DNA from: a virus
Reading direction: 5' to 3' (one strand)
Virus record (IMG/VR): IMGVR_UViG_3300048833_000100
Location: 1-64,000 of that record
Length of the DNA stretch: 64,000 nucleotides
The first letter of the stretch is position 1; every line of letters begins with the position of its first letter. Positions 20,401 through 28,719 of this stretch are shown here, piece after piece. The notes beneath the pieces were generated by a model. It made no database searches. It was given only the letters and a program-made list of their open reading frames with translations, and was not told where the DNA came from. Made by a program: the position numbers and the translations under genes.

Positions 20401-22581
20401 GGCCTGAGCCACATAGTCCAGGATCTTGAGGTAGGACTCACGCGTCTTGGGATCGAGATCCGGCTTGGCCAGTTCCGAAGCCGGAACCATTTGACCCAGG
20501 ATCTCCGGGGTCACTTCGGAGAGGATCTTGTTGGCCTCATTCACCAGCTTCGATTGCTCGAATGTCGCCAGATGTTTGGTCAGGGTCTTGTGGCTCTGGA
20601 CCCGTGTGTCATTGGCCGGCAGTTTCGCCACGGCTTCCCGGACACGGGTGCTGTCACCCCGCTTCATCGAGTCAATCCCATCCAGCACATCCAGCGCCGA
20701 ATAGATCCTGGTTGCCTCATCCGGGCTCGCCATGGCTCGGGCAGCTTCTTCAACCACCATCGTCCGGGGGATGCTGGCCTTGGGATCGGCTTCATACATC
20801 GCCTTCACGGACGGGTAATTCGCCGCCACGTTTGCGATCTCATCTTCGTCGAAGACCAGGCCCCGCCGCAGATCATCCTCTGCGGGATCAGAGGCTGGAA
20901 GGGAAACCCCACCTTCCGGGGCCTGGTCCTCTACCACTTCCGCCGACGGGGACGGCAGAGCGGATGCTTGTTGTTCAGCCTTCAGGGCTACCATAGCTGC
21001 CCCGGCAGAGGCCAGTTCAGCTGCAGCCTCTACCCGTGCCTTGGTGCCGGTCACGCTCTCGGCATCGAGCTTGGCTTCATTGCGGGCATCGAGCTTGGTG
21101 CCTGCTGCTCCAAGGGCCGTGGAAGCCCCGCTGAGGACCGCATTGCCGACGGCGCTGGCCGATTGCCCAAGGATGTCTGCCGCGATCCCAGGAGCCTGCA
21201 TGGAGCCAGCGGAGGCAATACCACCGAGAGCTCCTTGGGCACCTGCTTCTGCGACACCTTCTTCCAAGGCCTGATCAAACCCGACATCCCGCTTGGCGAT
21301 GTTACCGACCACCGCCGAGTTCATCTCCTGCAGGGTCTCTTCCACAGTCTCCCTGGTGATGTCTTGCACCCCGGCCCGGATTGCATTGTTCGGGGCAATG
21401 CGGAACGGATTGGCTGCAAAGGGTGCGGCAATCTTACCTGCCAACAGAGCGCCCGGAGCTGCCAGCGGAGCAGCCACAATCCCGGCATCCGTGGCAATCT
21501 GGAGCTGTGCCTCCCGATGGCTCATGTTCTGGGCCCGGAGTGCCTGATACTCCTCGCTCTCCCACATCTCCTCTTCGGAGAGGTTCATGATCTCGTTCTG
21601 GACCTGGCTTACGGCACCACCCGTCTCCGTTGCACCAATGGCGACGGGAGCCAGTTTCAGGGCAGTCTGCTCGAGCAGCTTCTTCCCGGCTTCCGTGCCC
21701 AGATGCTCAACAGCTGCAGCACGGGTCATGCCGCCTGCCGTCAGCATGCGGAGGGTGTTGGCCTTGGCCAGAACCTTGATCCCGAGCGTAGTGGGAAGTA
21801 GCGAACCAATCCCCTCGGGGACAAGGGAGCCTGCCATGATCGGATCATCGGCATAGTTGGCGATCGTCTCGCCGAAGCCTTCGACAAACTTGGTAGCCCC
21901 AGGAGACAAGAGACCATCCCACTCCCCGGCTGCCTCAGCTGCCAGAGCTTCCTGATACCGGGCTTCCCGATCTTCCTTATCGAGAGACGCCTCGATCTGG
22001 TGCTGTGCCCGGCGATCCTGCATCAGCTGGGACTGCTGACCTTCGAGCCATCCAGACAGATCCTGTGTGGCCTCCGAGACCACTGGGGACATCGTGGTTC
22101 CGAGCACTGCATCGACGCCAGCCGTGCCAAGTGCCGCAACCCCACCAACGACATTGGCTGCCATCTTGCCGGTGTCGATCAGGGAGTCACCGGCCACCTG
22201 ATCCCAATCCCGTTCAGACTCTTTCAGGACCTCGACACCACGACGGGCATCCAGGTAGTTGCCACGACCGAGCCAGGCGTCTTTTCCGTAGACCCGCAGC
22301 AGCTCATCCGGCTGCATGGTCTTCAGATCCTGTAGGCTCTGATCATCTGCCAGACGGTTGCCTTGAAGGTCTGCCGTGGCAATACGCTGCTGCTCCTGCG
22401 GCGTCCCGAACATGGCTTTCTTCTGGATCGCAGTTGCTTCCAGCTGGGCCTTCTTCTCAGCCACTGCCGGGCTGTCAGTCGGCGCTGCAGGCGTCGGTGC
22501 CCAGTTGAGATTGAACGAGAGCTTTTCGGCCATGGGCACTGGATCCATCAATGAGAAATGGCGGGGAGTGATCCCCGCCAT
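11452..22581 (-). CDS. Virion-encapsidated RNA polymerase (vRNAP, N4 gp50-like)
   Basis: 3709 aa; 'GRLQQ', motif A 'EADGKTDGPINA', motif B 'RNTVKNPLTVFLYGSG', motif C 'PVFDG'; no Cys seen, as in N4 vRNAP; start may be a few codons downstream. Confidence 0.97.
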   Translation of the reverse strand: MAGITPRHFSLMDPVPMAEKLSFNLNWAPTPAAPTDSPAVAEKKAQLEATAIQKKAMFGTPQEQQRIATADLQGNRLADDQSLQDLKTMQPDELLRVYGKDAWLGRGNYLDARRGVEVLKESERDWDQVAGDSLIDTGKMAANVVGGVAALGTAGVDAVLGTTMSPVVSEATQDLSGWLEGQQSQLMQDRRAQHQIEASLDKEDREARYQEALAAEAAGEWDGLLSPGATKFVEGFGETIANYADDPIMAGSLVPEGIGSLLPTTLGIKVLAKANTLRMLTAGGMTRAAAVEHLGTEAGKKLLEQTALKLAPVAIGATETGGAVSQVQNEIMNLSEEEMWESEEYQALRAQNMSHREAQLQIATDAGIVAAPLAAPGALLAGKIAAPFAANPFRIAPNNAIRAGVQDITRETVEETLQEMNSAVVGNIAKRDVGFDQALEEGVAEAGAQGALGGIASAGSMQAPGIAADILGQSASAVGNAVLSGASTALGAAGTKLDARNEAKLDAESVTGTKARVEAAAELASAGAAMVALKAEQQASALPSPSAEVVEDQAPEGGVSLPASDPAEDDLRRGLVFDEDEIANVAANYPSVKAMYEADPKASIPRTMVVEEAARAMASPDEATRIYSALDVLDGIDSMKRGDSTRVREAVAKLPANDTRVQSHKTLTKHLATFEQSKLVNEANKILSEVTPEILGQMVPASELAKPDLDPKTRESYLKILDYVAQANPALLSKETYDTVLNQLGPVEGQSPVTAERRKHLSAAAKIFATLEKLDAQKAKIWSQPGTQPPKTKDEVRKEIFHTGMDTVRNGEEVTSLSLSGHYKRVNDAMRVGHRDVAMRALTDLRNFALSQSNKMKAFNESAAVGKGKSHKVPFVAKGVYGFYAKEAKDGVWVDLTNPNSVALAQEVHADATAAADLLKQLIQTHGLTEMKAVSVPNMHKKLTLRGDLAKPVPDAPKAQEPVEPKADPMMDPLIDAVNRKVAERKAERAAQAKTTKEEAEAKAAEKAAAKAAKAKEREEKKAVRAAEKKRLAAERRAKAAAAREPKVQKRPFTAYMARIGGIAPHGPVARELRHNGVTPRTTPGLFRKTGYTDLDNIPAREHPDLAWVLPVDDSSGYFEQQGLIDAIVSEAAGTPLVFGDEAIAQAERQEFLEAEADAARSEQEETTETAVDQDIEEISSEAAPVEDAPVVRWFESLKNILVIPMKGVNVFLDAFKPRKHGSLLPGIEDAHKFFEDYVRSSEDVTEEQRDAIDNVMEMNFTEFSAELDNAAQEFIKGWNLQGEAISAWLNTSDGLPLNLLKEGSVREFPEQVKFAAFAAVYEWLLASTGPQRPRDEEAMAKILGLPRGTSLPGNVTKAVRYGHPQQSAVEQIANKMMVLLDVSPRDEKTIRQTQGMFRSLAATSLELLMDTKAGKPEEGRGRIGWRKVHVTVGDVTRDFIMLEPHVDQLLDRDFEVLVKMRSPFTNILTQGRVKDRLIGKPLKTVARTQLGNRLAELSRQERKVVKRLQETPNRLVKPMVNFFQALGDENVKTLLGFQEISEADRKTYNVDHLDAIDGKNNTIEHDLAAVQGYIDEVSQVAETQDGIWDMPIFFEWAVSAVGRLQQSGPVTPQGSKIAREMISSTHSTLDLDNAKHEEALWLAIAQSLGVKVEQKSVQDSIESAQDLVTGKYAPLIDLLAEGIVEDSFDVNDFMETVAAKKLGPLTPKQIHALMVAAQVEVADVVGNRNAFETALALEADGKTDGPINAMVHMGLGEFDAAQIERFAKGGLFFTDVEISLNNFVAMRAENRTDLYHMAAHRLEARMHDLVHGQVDDVPEGFSQERLHSVLRVLEKFNDPAFLQIELEHGEDGRLEGVGIGRNTVKNPLTVFLYGSGVNGVSNKIAGVVTKQLSKMLTEISRQGNGYRNFDALKANEYQMVQDLMAVMGLSRREMHDWFSNPVESTVSGRMFDTLAKNIEIHFAQPMFDAIDETTGGLGSHMRTTQRASQVQALIFRDVFLRKLKEAQAEEDAAQKAEAELEAKRKGSNGATGEWTPKPGRRLLSEERMRDIYAESMKIAPIYGTDAQSFQIAAPDRDQSHDYKVGGSFSGNMETRATLVTPADASVKVSAFLTIGTGDGRMILNIYHDGNGDFDMSLPVFDGVELAADKIEGASRQINEQVYNGWIEGNPYQAIADGFRQMTQNLTYQDFANLSKDTKDALNKTMRDFRKTVGNRPLQHADIVNMQRELDEMAMQSTARKRAMARMATSTDHMASAQAPFVSPGTVVAGGSPIAYDEITSQLNQLYREELSALQAQARAAKDGASRKDYAQKPSAEFRAKVSELGTEVDGHPGVVSIKGSAVMQLLTADTDTTEEQLRAIQGMRKVAPLSEDVVYYFGSNKALEQVRNTLYPELTKGLNQSNGQIQYGQSSAGKQVVFVAHAAPEVLIHEMLHIHTMKRLVDFYDDPRSVPEHVRHAVKELEALRDDILKMVPEGASAGAMSQLHAVLHAQKGNPAAQISELISYALSNQKLSEKLEATKTYRPLISWVARAINAFKKLVGFHPGNTLLSNLQFNATLLVAPSKAVEVARADAQVNQVLDQSFPASDRLQEVEEMFLGRMRLWLERMGNVNDLLAAGKITEAEAATKAQTAVADSLSTAGKARERAAAAGFNVTAREARAFEAVYASVQAGMRADKPIHRHLQEAFDHVLRVVTPQDFTKLPGVSASLAEAMWDHLAGADGIKKQTPNRNDQLAVFTALALTNDGFREVLEKIEAPKIADLKWDSVDDFLRSIGSTLVNLITRLSIHPRKMEPNLRQEMEKLALTLTTVQGKRRLMAGLETMNEKIEQANSWLASQVEDKSTKATIKLVNAAKQRKGSVLGQAAYVTSLVTSLGSPDRTEENMDNATYFLNRIEGKHELRSILSDLRGQTKDNIGLLRLINKAKSKIDALRQDFREGVPVNLAKKFSRPLTSAEWSQLHKGLARTDLLALGHAETLDLLRNLGSLDQKIADAEEAVMGLGGAVSARQIAKAKALAVYMVSGKVTSQNLLPNAHAIAHLFGENKPKGVAPVSEDLVTAIDQLTSLYAFAELDADTQKALADLAKDEADGMQTLTGFLNGTRTLEMKRITRDGALNQVAQNNGLKGYIPRLMQEGAALMVFEDDQQANLLKRGFTRVGDYVGDKNEGRQPKRGYYRSTVAGKTAFRQGVAQTVHETWMGVDAHTGQRLPGQTAGLIADYDSADIALSVGRARPGSLDNLPAGDYLLPIFDKEGKIAGHQRPMDPAHTEAMPMDDHLGRMLGVWMGRIVEENVADANNVALLEVLKETYDAARAKGDVSEFINVADPNQKDPVVRDAWGTMGWKMKQHAHEVFGKDELWVKRDQVEDAIGFRRASTTDAWTGISRWNEKTQQNIQKTAERLLGVHAFRKLKTFENTVESVVSFAKTTIIVRSIVVGYQNILSNIYHLSMVGVSPIAIATGMRDKFSEISTYVKNREEIQRLQIEMAAVINNPTRRDALQARIAVLDRANAKLSVAPLIESGEFSTISESLTEADVAIREGKWGEYLERVANRMPDWAQGTAKNLLITKDSALFQGLNRMVQYGDFVAKAVLYDHLTKKKGMKPEDALDQIREEFVQYNRLPGRGRDFRETMGLQWFWSYKLRIMKIAARTLRDRPLTSLFMMGGVGPASGISTTWDGSFLGSTLDGRLPYSFGPAMGFDAPFNHPVAAIFD

Positions 22582-22628
22582 TATTAGACACTGAATTGGT
22601 CGGCGTCTATGGTGTGGTGTGGTGTGAT

Positions 22629-24698
22629 TTACATATCCTGCAACAGCTTCTCAGCCTTACGAACCCGTCGCTTCTGATCGGCCGTTAGTGGGCCGGACTT
22701 GGAGTTCATCTTCTCCAGGAACGCCTCCAGCCGCCGCACAGCCGCAGCCTTGGCAATCGGGTGTTCCGTTTCCCCAGAGATGAAGTCGGCGGCATAGGCC
22801 AGTTCCGTGGGGTCCTCGAGCGCATCCGGGTCATCAGCCCCAAGGAGAGAAACCATATCCTCGGCAGCCGTGCCCTCCGGTTGGGTGGCCTTGATCTGCT
22901 CGGAGATCTGGTTCACCGCAGCGGCTTTTTGCTGATCCACCACTGCGCTAGGATTGGGCATGGGTGCCGCTGCCCGGTCCAGAGCAGAGGTGCCATTCAC
23001 AAACCCGTTCTGGACGAGGGTCGAGCCTGCATTACGCATGGACCGCCCTGCCCCCATCAGAGTAGCACCGGCCTCAGGAGAGACCACGGAGACCGGGTAT
23101 CCCAGTGCCGTGAGGCCCGCACCTGCGCCCCAAGCAGCTCCGCCTGTAAGGCGCCCCACATTCCGGTCAAGGACACGGGCCTGTCCCGTGGAGACGGCAT
23201 TGGCAAAGTCCCCCACACCGGCCTGCACTGCTTGCGCCTGTTCCAGATCATTGGTGGGTGCTGGAGGTGTATCCGGGGTTTCACCGCTGGCTGTCGGATC
23301 TCCTTGGGCACCTTCCGCCTTCGCTGCCGCTTCGGCTAGGGCAGCCTCAGCGGGGGTGCGACCAGTAGGCTGGTCACCTTTGGGAGAACCTTGAAGGGCA
23401 GAGTCCACGATGGTTTGAGCCGCTGCCGCCTTTTCTTCTGGAGGCATGTTCGCGTAGCCGGACAGCTCCAGGATCTCATCAATGGTCTTCTGGATGGCTT
23501 CCGGGGAGGATCTCCGATAGATCTGAGCCCGAAGGGTATTGTCGAGCTTGGTCAGCTCGGCCCGCTCGTTCTTGATCCGGGTATCCTCCCGCTTGTATTC
23601 GTTGATCTTGTCGTCCAGACGCATGTTGTCGTCCGGCATATCCAGCCCACCAAGGATCTTCCTGATTTCAGCCACAGCCGGGATCTGCCCATCGTTGTTG
23701 AAATTGAGGAAGTCGATCCCGGTATTGGTCAGGGTATCCTGGATGACCGCAGCAATGATCTTCGGGTTGACCCCTTTGAACTCGCTTGTCAGATCGTTGT
23801 AGAGACCACGCAGTTCCCCCCGGCTCCGGGAAAACTTGCCCTCCTCATCCGAAGTCTCATCCGCCCCGAGCTCGGAGATCACAGTCTGCAGGGGATCCGC
23901 AGACTGCCCAAACCGGGACTCCCCGAGCTCGTAATAATAGAGCTCCTTGTTGAGACCCCGTTCCCGTGCCAAAGCACGCTCCTGATTGTCGAGGGTCTCT
24001 GTCTTTGAGAGGATGATGCTCTCGATATCTTGGGGAGCTGCCTTCACCTGTTCATGGTCTGAGAGCGTGACATCCCCCACTGCCCAGTTCTTCGGGTCGA
24101 CCGAACCAATGGCCTTCAGGAGGGCTTCCTCTTCCTTGGGGGCAAACTTGTTCTGGATGATCCACTCCGATGCAAGTTCAGGGGTGATGAGGTCAGGGTC
24201 ATCGGCCAACTTGTTGGCCTGCTCAAAGGCCCATTCCGCCCGCTGCCGATCTTCCTCGCTCCGGGCATAGACCTCGTCTGCCCGACCCTCACCAATCTTC
24301 TGCCGCCCGAAGTCATGTTCATTCTTGCCGAGATTGAACCGAGCCTGAGCATCCGAGGTGTCATTGGCCCGGCTGGTCTCCAGAGAGGAGCGATACCCAT
24401 AGGCCTTGTCCAGAGCCCCGGCAGTCGCCTCTCCGGGAGCGATCCCGAGAGCACCCAGACCTTGGGTTGCCAGGGCCTGGTCCAGCGTGCCAACCCCGCG
24501 GTGCCGCAGAAGGTTGTCGGCAACCTTGGCGTCGATGAGCAGATCGGCCTTGGCCTTCTTCTCCTCACCTGCCTCGCCGAAGACATCCCCGAGACCTTCC
24601 ATGGCCTTGGCAAAGCCATCGCTTGCCTTGGCCTTGAGATAGGCAGCACTTTGGAAGTCGGGGCCGGAGACCTGTTGCCAGGTGATACGATTAGCCAT
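22629..24698 (-). CDS. N4 gp51-like ejection/virion protein
   Basis: 'ITWQQV.GPDF' N-terminus, position upstream of vRNAP, no Cys seen. Confidence 0.7.
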   Translation of the reverse strand: MANRITWQQVSGPDFQSAAYLKAKASDGFAKAMEGLGDVFGEAGEEKKAKADLLIDAKVADNLLRHRGVGTLDQALATQGLGALGIAPGEATAGALDKAYGYRSSLETSRANDTSDAQARFNLGKNEHDFGRQKIGEGRADEVYARSEEDRQRAEWAFEQANKLADDPDLITPELASEWIIQNKFAPKEEEALLKAIGSVDPKNWAVGDVTLSDHEQVKAAPQDIESIILSKTETLDNQERALARERGLNKELYYYELGESRFGQSADPLQTVISELGADETSDEEGKFSRSRGELRGLYNDLTSEFKGVNPKIIAAVIQDTLTNTGIDFLNFNNDGQIPAVAEIRKILGGLDMPDDNMRLDDKINEYKREDTRIKNERAELTKLDNTLRAQIYRRSSPEAIQKTIDEILELSGYANMPPEEKAAAAQTIVDSALQGSPKGDQPTGRTPAEAALAEAAAKAEGAQGDPTASGETPDTPPAPTNDLEQAQAVQAGVGDFANAVSTGQARVLDRNVGRLTGGAAWGAGAGLTALGYPVSVVSPEAGATLMGAGRSMRNAGSTLVQNGFVNGTSALDRAAAPMPNPSAVVDQQKAAAVNQISEQIKATQPEGTAAEDMVSLLGADDPDALEDPTELAYAADFISGETEHPIAKAAAVRRLEAFLEKMNSKSGPLTADQKRRVRKAEKLLQDM

Positions 24699-24706
24699 GG
24701 TTCACC

Positions 24707-25279
24707 TCAGATCTTGTTTTTTTCGACATAGCGGTTGGCCCAGCCTCTGCCGCGACCTTCCTGCGATGCCCGACCGTCCGCCCGTTCCTGCAGAGCCGTG
24801 TTGTAGCTTGCAATCTGGTTGGCGTAGTTGTCGGCATAGGTCTGCTTCTGGAAGTCGAACATCTCATTTGCCAGCTTGTTCTGCTGGACCGCGCCCCAGA
24901 TCGAGCCAATGGTTCCGATCCCCTTGGAGATCATCTCGAGCCCGTCGAGGTTGAAACCCTTCTCCTTATCCCAGAGCAGGCCCTTAAACCCATCCCACAG
25001 GGACAGATCTTTGGCTGTGGCGTCATCTGCTGCCGGAGCCACAGGCGCCGGAACCGCAGCTGCACTGGTCGTCGGCGCCGTCGGAGCGGCACCGGGAGCC
25101 TGATACTGGAAGGGGGTGATCTGGTAGCCAGCCGGTGCAGCATTGGGGGCTGCCACACCGAGCGGTGCGGGGGCGGTGGAGGTCCAGGAGCGCAGCTGGT
25201 CGGAGGTAGGCATCCCGGTAAAGCCCAAGGGCGACGGGGCCTGAGATGTGGGATAGGTATACGGGTAGGTCATGGGCAA
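24707..25279 (-). CDS. N4 gp52-like ejection protein
   Basis: C-terminal 'NYANQIASYNTALQERA..R' pattern; synteny. Confidence 0.7.
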   Translation of the reverse strand: MPMTYPYTYPTSQAPSPLGFTGMPTSDQLRSWTSTAPAPLGVAAPNAAPAGYQITPFQYQAPGAAPTAPTTSAAAVPAPVAPAADDATAKDLSLWDGFKGLLWDKEKGFNLDGLEMISKGIGTIGSIWGAVQQNKLANEMFDFQKQTYADNYANQIASYNTALQERADGRASQEGRGRGWANRYVEKNKI

Positions 25280-25301
25280 GACTCCACTGAATTGTTCGGG
25301 A

Positions 25302-27590
25302 TCAGGTCAAGCCGGGAAGTTCGAGCGAGATTGCAACGAAGTCCGTCACCATGGCTCTGGACAGTTCCGCGAGCTCACTGCCCGTCAGGAGGGTCCGACC
25401 CAGAAAACTTGCGCTGCGTTCCCCGAATTGTTCGGTGGCATCTGAAAACATCATAGGGTCAACGACGACATTCGTCATGCCCAGATTTTCATTCCAGAGC
25501 TTCTCCAGCTCCTTGGTCTTTTCGGCATAGTCCTCACCGAGGTTCTGCATGTCCTGCATGATGTCTGCCGTATCGGCAGCGATCCAACGACTATAGGCAT
25601 CCCCCACAGCATCGGTGAGTTTGGTCAGGTTCTCAGGACGGAACAGCACGTTCCAATCCACGTTGAAGCTGCCGGTGGTCACCAGGGACTTCCCGACCTG
25701 CAGGGCCACCATGGAGACAATGGTTCCCAGGATGGCTCCCCACTTCTCGCCCAGAACCAATACCGAGATCTTGGAGAGGATCGTGGTCAGGATCACGGAG
25801 GCGATCCCATTGGCCACAGCTCCAACCATGGCGGCTGTTGCGGCCGAGGCCCCGAGAGCCGCTCCTACAGCTGCGTTGGTTCCGAGGATCCCACTGACCG
25901 TCGCAAGCCCTGCCCCGGCAGAGATGACCGAGATGGCGATCGAGACTGCGAACATCACGATCTTGAAGAAGCCCCTCTGATACCACTTCTGCTTCACCTG
26001 CTTGTAGCTGTTGATGACCAGATAGGTGGAGACCCCGGCCAGCTCTGCACCTTTCAGAGCTCCGACCTTCCGCAGAGTCGGGTAGTGCAGCGGGATCAGG
26101 AAGCCGGACTCATCCTCTTCCTCAAGCACATCCTCAGCATAGATCCTCACGCTCTTATCACCGTAGACGAAGTTCTGGTGCATGAGCCCGGTCACTACGA
26201 TCTTGCTGTAACGCCGCTTGGAGTGCTGTCGAAGGATGGCAAACCGGGACCAGGTCTGCTTCACATGCTGGAGGTAGTCATAATAATCCATGCCCAGATC
26301 CCATGCGGTCACCGGAGCCATGGGAACGATCAGGTATTCCCCGAGCTTCAGCAGGGGCCGGGTTTGGTTCGCATCGAAACGGGCAGCATTGCCGACGTGT
26401 TGCGTCTCCTCGATCCCTGTCCAGGAGATGATGAAATCGAACTGCGGCAGACCCGGCATCCGAATATGGATCTCGTTTCGATCAGGCACGTCGTTGAAGA
26501 CGGCCTCCAGCGCAGGGGCGATCTTGTTCCAGCTTGGGTTGGTCGGCGAACCATCCCCATCATTGGCCCGCTTCCAGCGCCGCCAGGCTGCACTGGTCAC
26601 CCGCTTGTTCCGGGCATCTGCCACGAAGTCATCGAGGGTCGTGTTGGAGACCTGAAGATTAATCAGGCTCCTGAAGAACTCATAGAGGTAGGTCTGCGAC
26701 GGGGTGTCGGCTGCGTTGAGCGTGACCGCGGGAAGCAGGAACATATGGTCCATGTCCCCGAGTTGCTCGTGATCCTCGAGCTGTGGGATCAGCTTCGAGA
26801 GCCTTGCCCCGGTCAGCTTCCAATAGGCCTCTTCGGCTGCATCCTGCAGGGAGCCACCGATCTCAGTGACGAACTGGTTCTCGATCCTGATCGGGATGGC
26901 TGGGAAGAACTCCGCCAGATCCGAGGCCACTGGGCGCAGGGCATCGAAGGTCGCGTTGCCAGAGCCCATGCGGTAGGTGAAGAGCTGTGTGTCTCCGGCG
27001 ATCCACTGCCTGCGGGCATTTCGGGTCAGGACCTGATAGCTCACATAGAGGAGCTTTCGGTTGTCCCGGTAACTGCCCCAGAGGAGATCCGCCGCAGCGG
27101 GCACCGTATAGGTGGTCGCGCCTCGAGTGATCTCCATCCGGGCTGTGGCCATGTTCAGCTCGGCTGTCCATTCCTCCTCATCCCAGGTTGGGTGGTTCCT
27201 GGAGACCCAGTGCTCGGCCCAGTAATCGACATCGGCGTCATCCACCCGTGCCGAACCAATGATGATCTTCTGGTTCTCTCCCAGACCGAGGACTGTCCGC
27301 ATGGCGGCCGTGAGGCCCTTGCCACGAACAGAGATCGCGGCCCCAATGGTTCCCGTCGGCATGCCCAGATCGTAACCCGTCCGAGCCCAGCGGAAGAACA
27401 TCTGGTTCCGCATGGCCGTCGAGCTGCGGAGGAAGTTCTGGAGATGGTCTCCCAGACCCTTGGAGCTGTTCGAGAGGTTCGATGACAGGACGAGCGAAGG
27501 CAGCAGCTTGGGACGATTTTTCGGCTCCCCGGCCATATTCCAGACCGCGGAGCTGACATAGGTTTTCGTCTTGCTGCTGAACAGGCCCAT
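25302..27590 (-). CDS. N4 gp53-like virion structural protein
   Basis: 'MGLFSSKTKTYVSS..N.AG', 'KWYQRGFFK' followed by hydrophobic segments. Confidence 0.8.
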   Translation of the reverse strand: MGLFSSKTKTYVSSAVWNMAGEPKNRPKLLPSLVLSSNLSNSSKGLGDHLQNFLRSSTAMRNQMFFRWARTGYDLGMPTGTIGAAISVRGKGLTAAMRTVLGLGENQKIIIGSARVDDADVDYWAEHWVSRNHPTWDEEEWTAELNMATARMEITRGATTYTVPAAADLLWGSYRDNRKLLYVSYQVLTRNARRQWIAGDTQLFTYRMGSGNATFDALRPVASDLAEFFPAIPIRIENQFVTEIGGSLQDAAEEAYWKLTGARLSKLIPQLEDHEQLGDMDHMFLLPAVTLNAADTPSQTYLYEFFRSLINLQVSNTTLDDFVADARNKRVTSAAWRRWKRANDGDGSPTNPSWNKIAPALEAVFNDVPDRNEIHIRMPGLPQFDFIISWTGIEETQHVGNAARFDANQTRPLLKLGEYLIVPMAPVTAWDLGMDYYDYLQHVKQTWSRFAILRQHSKRRYSKIVVTGLMHQNFVYGDKSVRIYAEDVLEEEDESGFLIPLHYPTLRKVGALKGAELAGVSTYLVINSYKQVKQKWYQRGFFKIVMFAVSIAISVISAGAGLATVSGILGTNAAVGAALGASAATAAMVGAVANGIASVILTTILSKISVLVLGEKWGAILGTIVSMVALQVGKSLVTTGSFNVDWNVLFRPENLTKLTDAVGDAYSRWIAADTADIMQDMQNLGEDYAEKTKELEKLWNENLGMTNVVVDPMMFSDATEQFGERSASFLGRTLLTGSELAELSRAMVTDFVAISLELPGLT

Positions 27591-28690
27591 CAGTTCAACT
27601 GAAGGCGGGTGCGGATGCGGTTGACCACCGTGGTGATCTCCGGGTTGTCCAGGCCGCCAGGGGTGGCCACACCCTCGTTCATCGTCTTGCTGGTGGTCCA
27701 GGCGTTCATCATCACCTGCAGAACCTTGGTCTCGGCATCCCGCTTGTAGGAAGCGATCTGCTCGTCATAGAGCTCCATCTGCTTGCCGACCGAGCCAGTC
27801 ACCGTGGCACCACCGCGGCGGGTGTTCAGGGTCTTCGAGCGATGACCTTCGGTCTGCTCTTTCAGGTTCTCGAGCTGCTCCGGCAGCAGGAACTGGTTGT
27901 TGTATTCCTTGCCTACCGTGTCGGCCGTGAAGCCTGCCACCTGTGCCGGGTAGAAGTCGGAGAGTTGATACCCAAGGATGGCCACTTCGCCGTCCAGCTT
28001 CTGCTTCTGGGCCGGGTCGATATTGGCCAGCTGATAGAGGATTTGGTCACGTTGAGCGGTCTTCACATCCGTCCCACGCTGCAGGTCGATCAGCTGGGCG
28101 GGCAGCAGGTAGGTGACCTCGTAGGCCGCCTTCTCGACCTGACGCTTGGCGAGGTTCCAGTTGGCATCCTCGGTCGCCAGACGCAGCTTGGTCAGCGAGT
28201 ATTCAGCACCCGCCGTCTTGGCCTGGAACTGGGCAATGGCGAGACGGGCCTTGGATTCCTCGGCCTGGATGCGGGCCTGGACCAGAGCCACGGCTGCAGC
28301 ATCGGCCTGACGCTGGGCTGCGACTGCCTGCCAGCGAGCGGTGTCCCTGGAGAGGAGATACTGGACTGCCGAACCAAGAGCAGCGGAGGTGAGTTGGATA
28401 TAGGCCTCGGCATATTGGGCGCCGGTCAGGCGGCCCTTCTCGAACTCGACCTTGACGTGCTCCGAGATGGAAACCATCAGAGCATCAAACATTCCCGAGC
28501 CGCCAACTCTGCGGGAGGTGAGATCTCCCTCAGTCAGGGAGGGGACATCGACGATCGAGCTGTCAGGGATCTGGAACTCGGGGTCGTTGAAATCGACCGC
28601 AGGGAGGGTGAGATCCTGATCCGCTGTCAGGAGGGTATAGAGCTCCCCGGCAAGGGCGCCGGCTTCGGTAGAGGTAGGTGTCGTCGGCAT
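27590..28690 (-). CDS. N4 gp54-like structural (tail) protein
   Basis: 'G.G.FD.LM....H...EF..GR.TG..YA', 'G..GKQ..LY..QI.SY.RD'. Confidence 0.8.
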   Translation of the reverse strand: MPTTPTSTEAGALAGELYTLLTADQDLTLPAVDFNDPEFQIPDSSIVDVPSLTEGDLTSRRVGGSGMFDALMVSISEHVKVEFEKGRLTGAQYAEAYIQLTSAALGSAVQYLLSRDTARWQAVAAQRQADAAAVALVQARIQAEESKARLAIAQFQAKTAGAEYSLTKLRLATEDANWNLAKRQVEKAAYEVTYLLPAQLIDLQRGTDVKTAQRDQILYQLANIDPAQKQKLDGEVAILGYQLSDFYPAQVAGFTADTVGKEYNNQFLLPEQLENLKEQTEGHRSKTLNTRRGGATVTGSVGKQMELYDEQIASYKRDAETKVLQVMMNAWTTSKTMNEGVATPGGLDNPEITTVVNRIRTRLQLN

Positions 28691-28719
28691 GGGATTTCCT
28701 TGTCGGAGAGCTCAGTGGT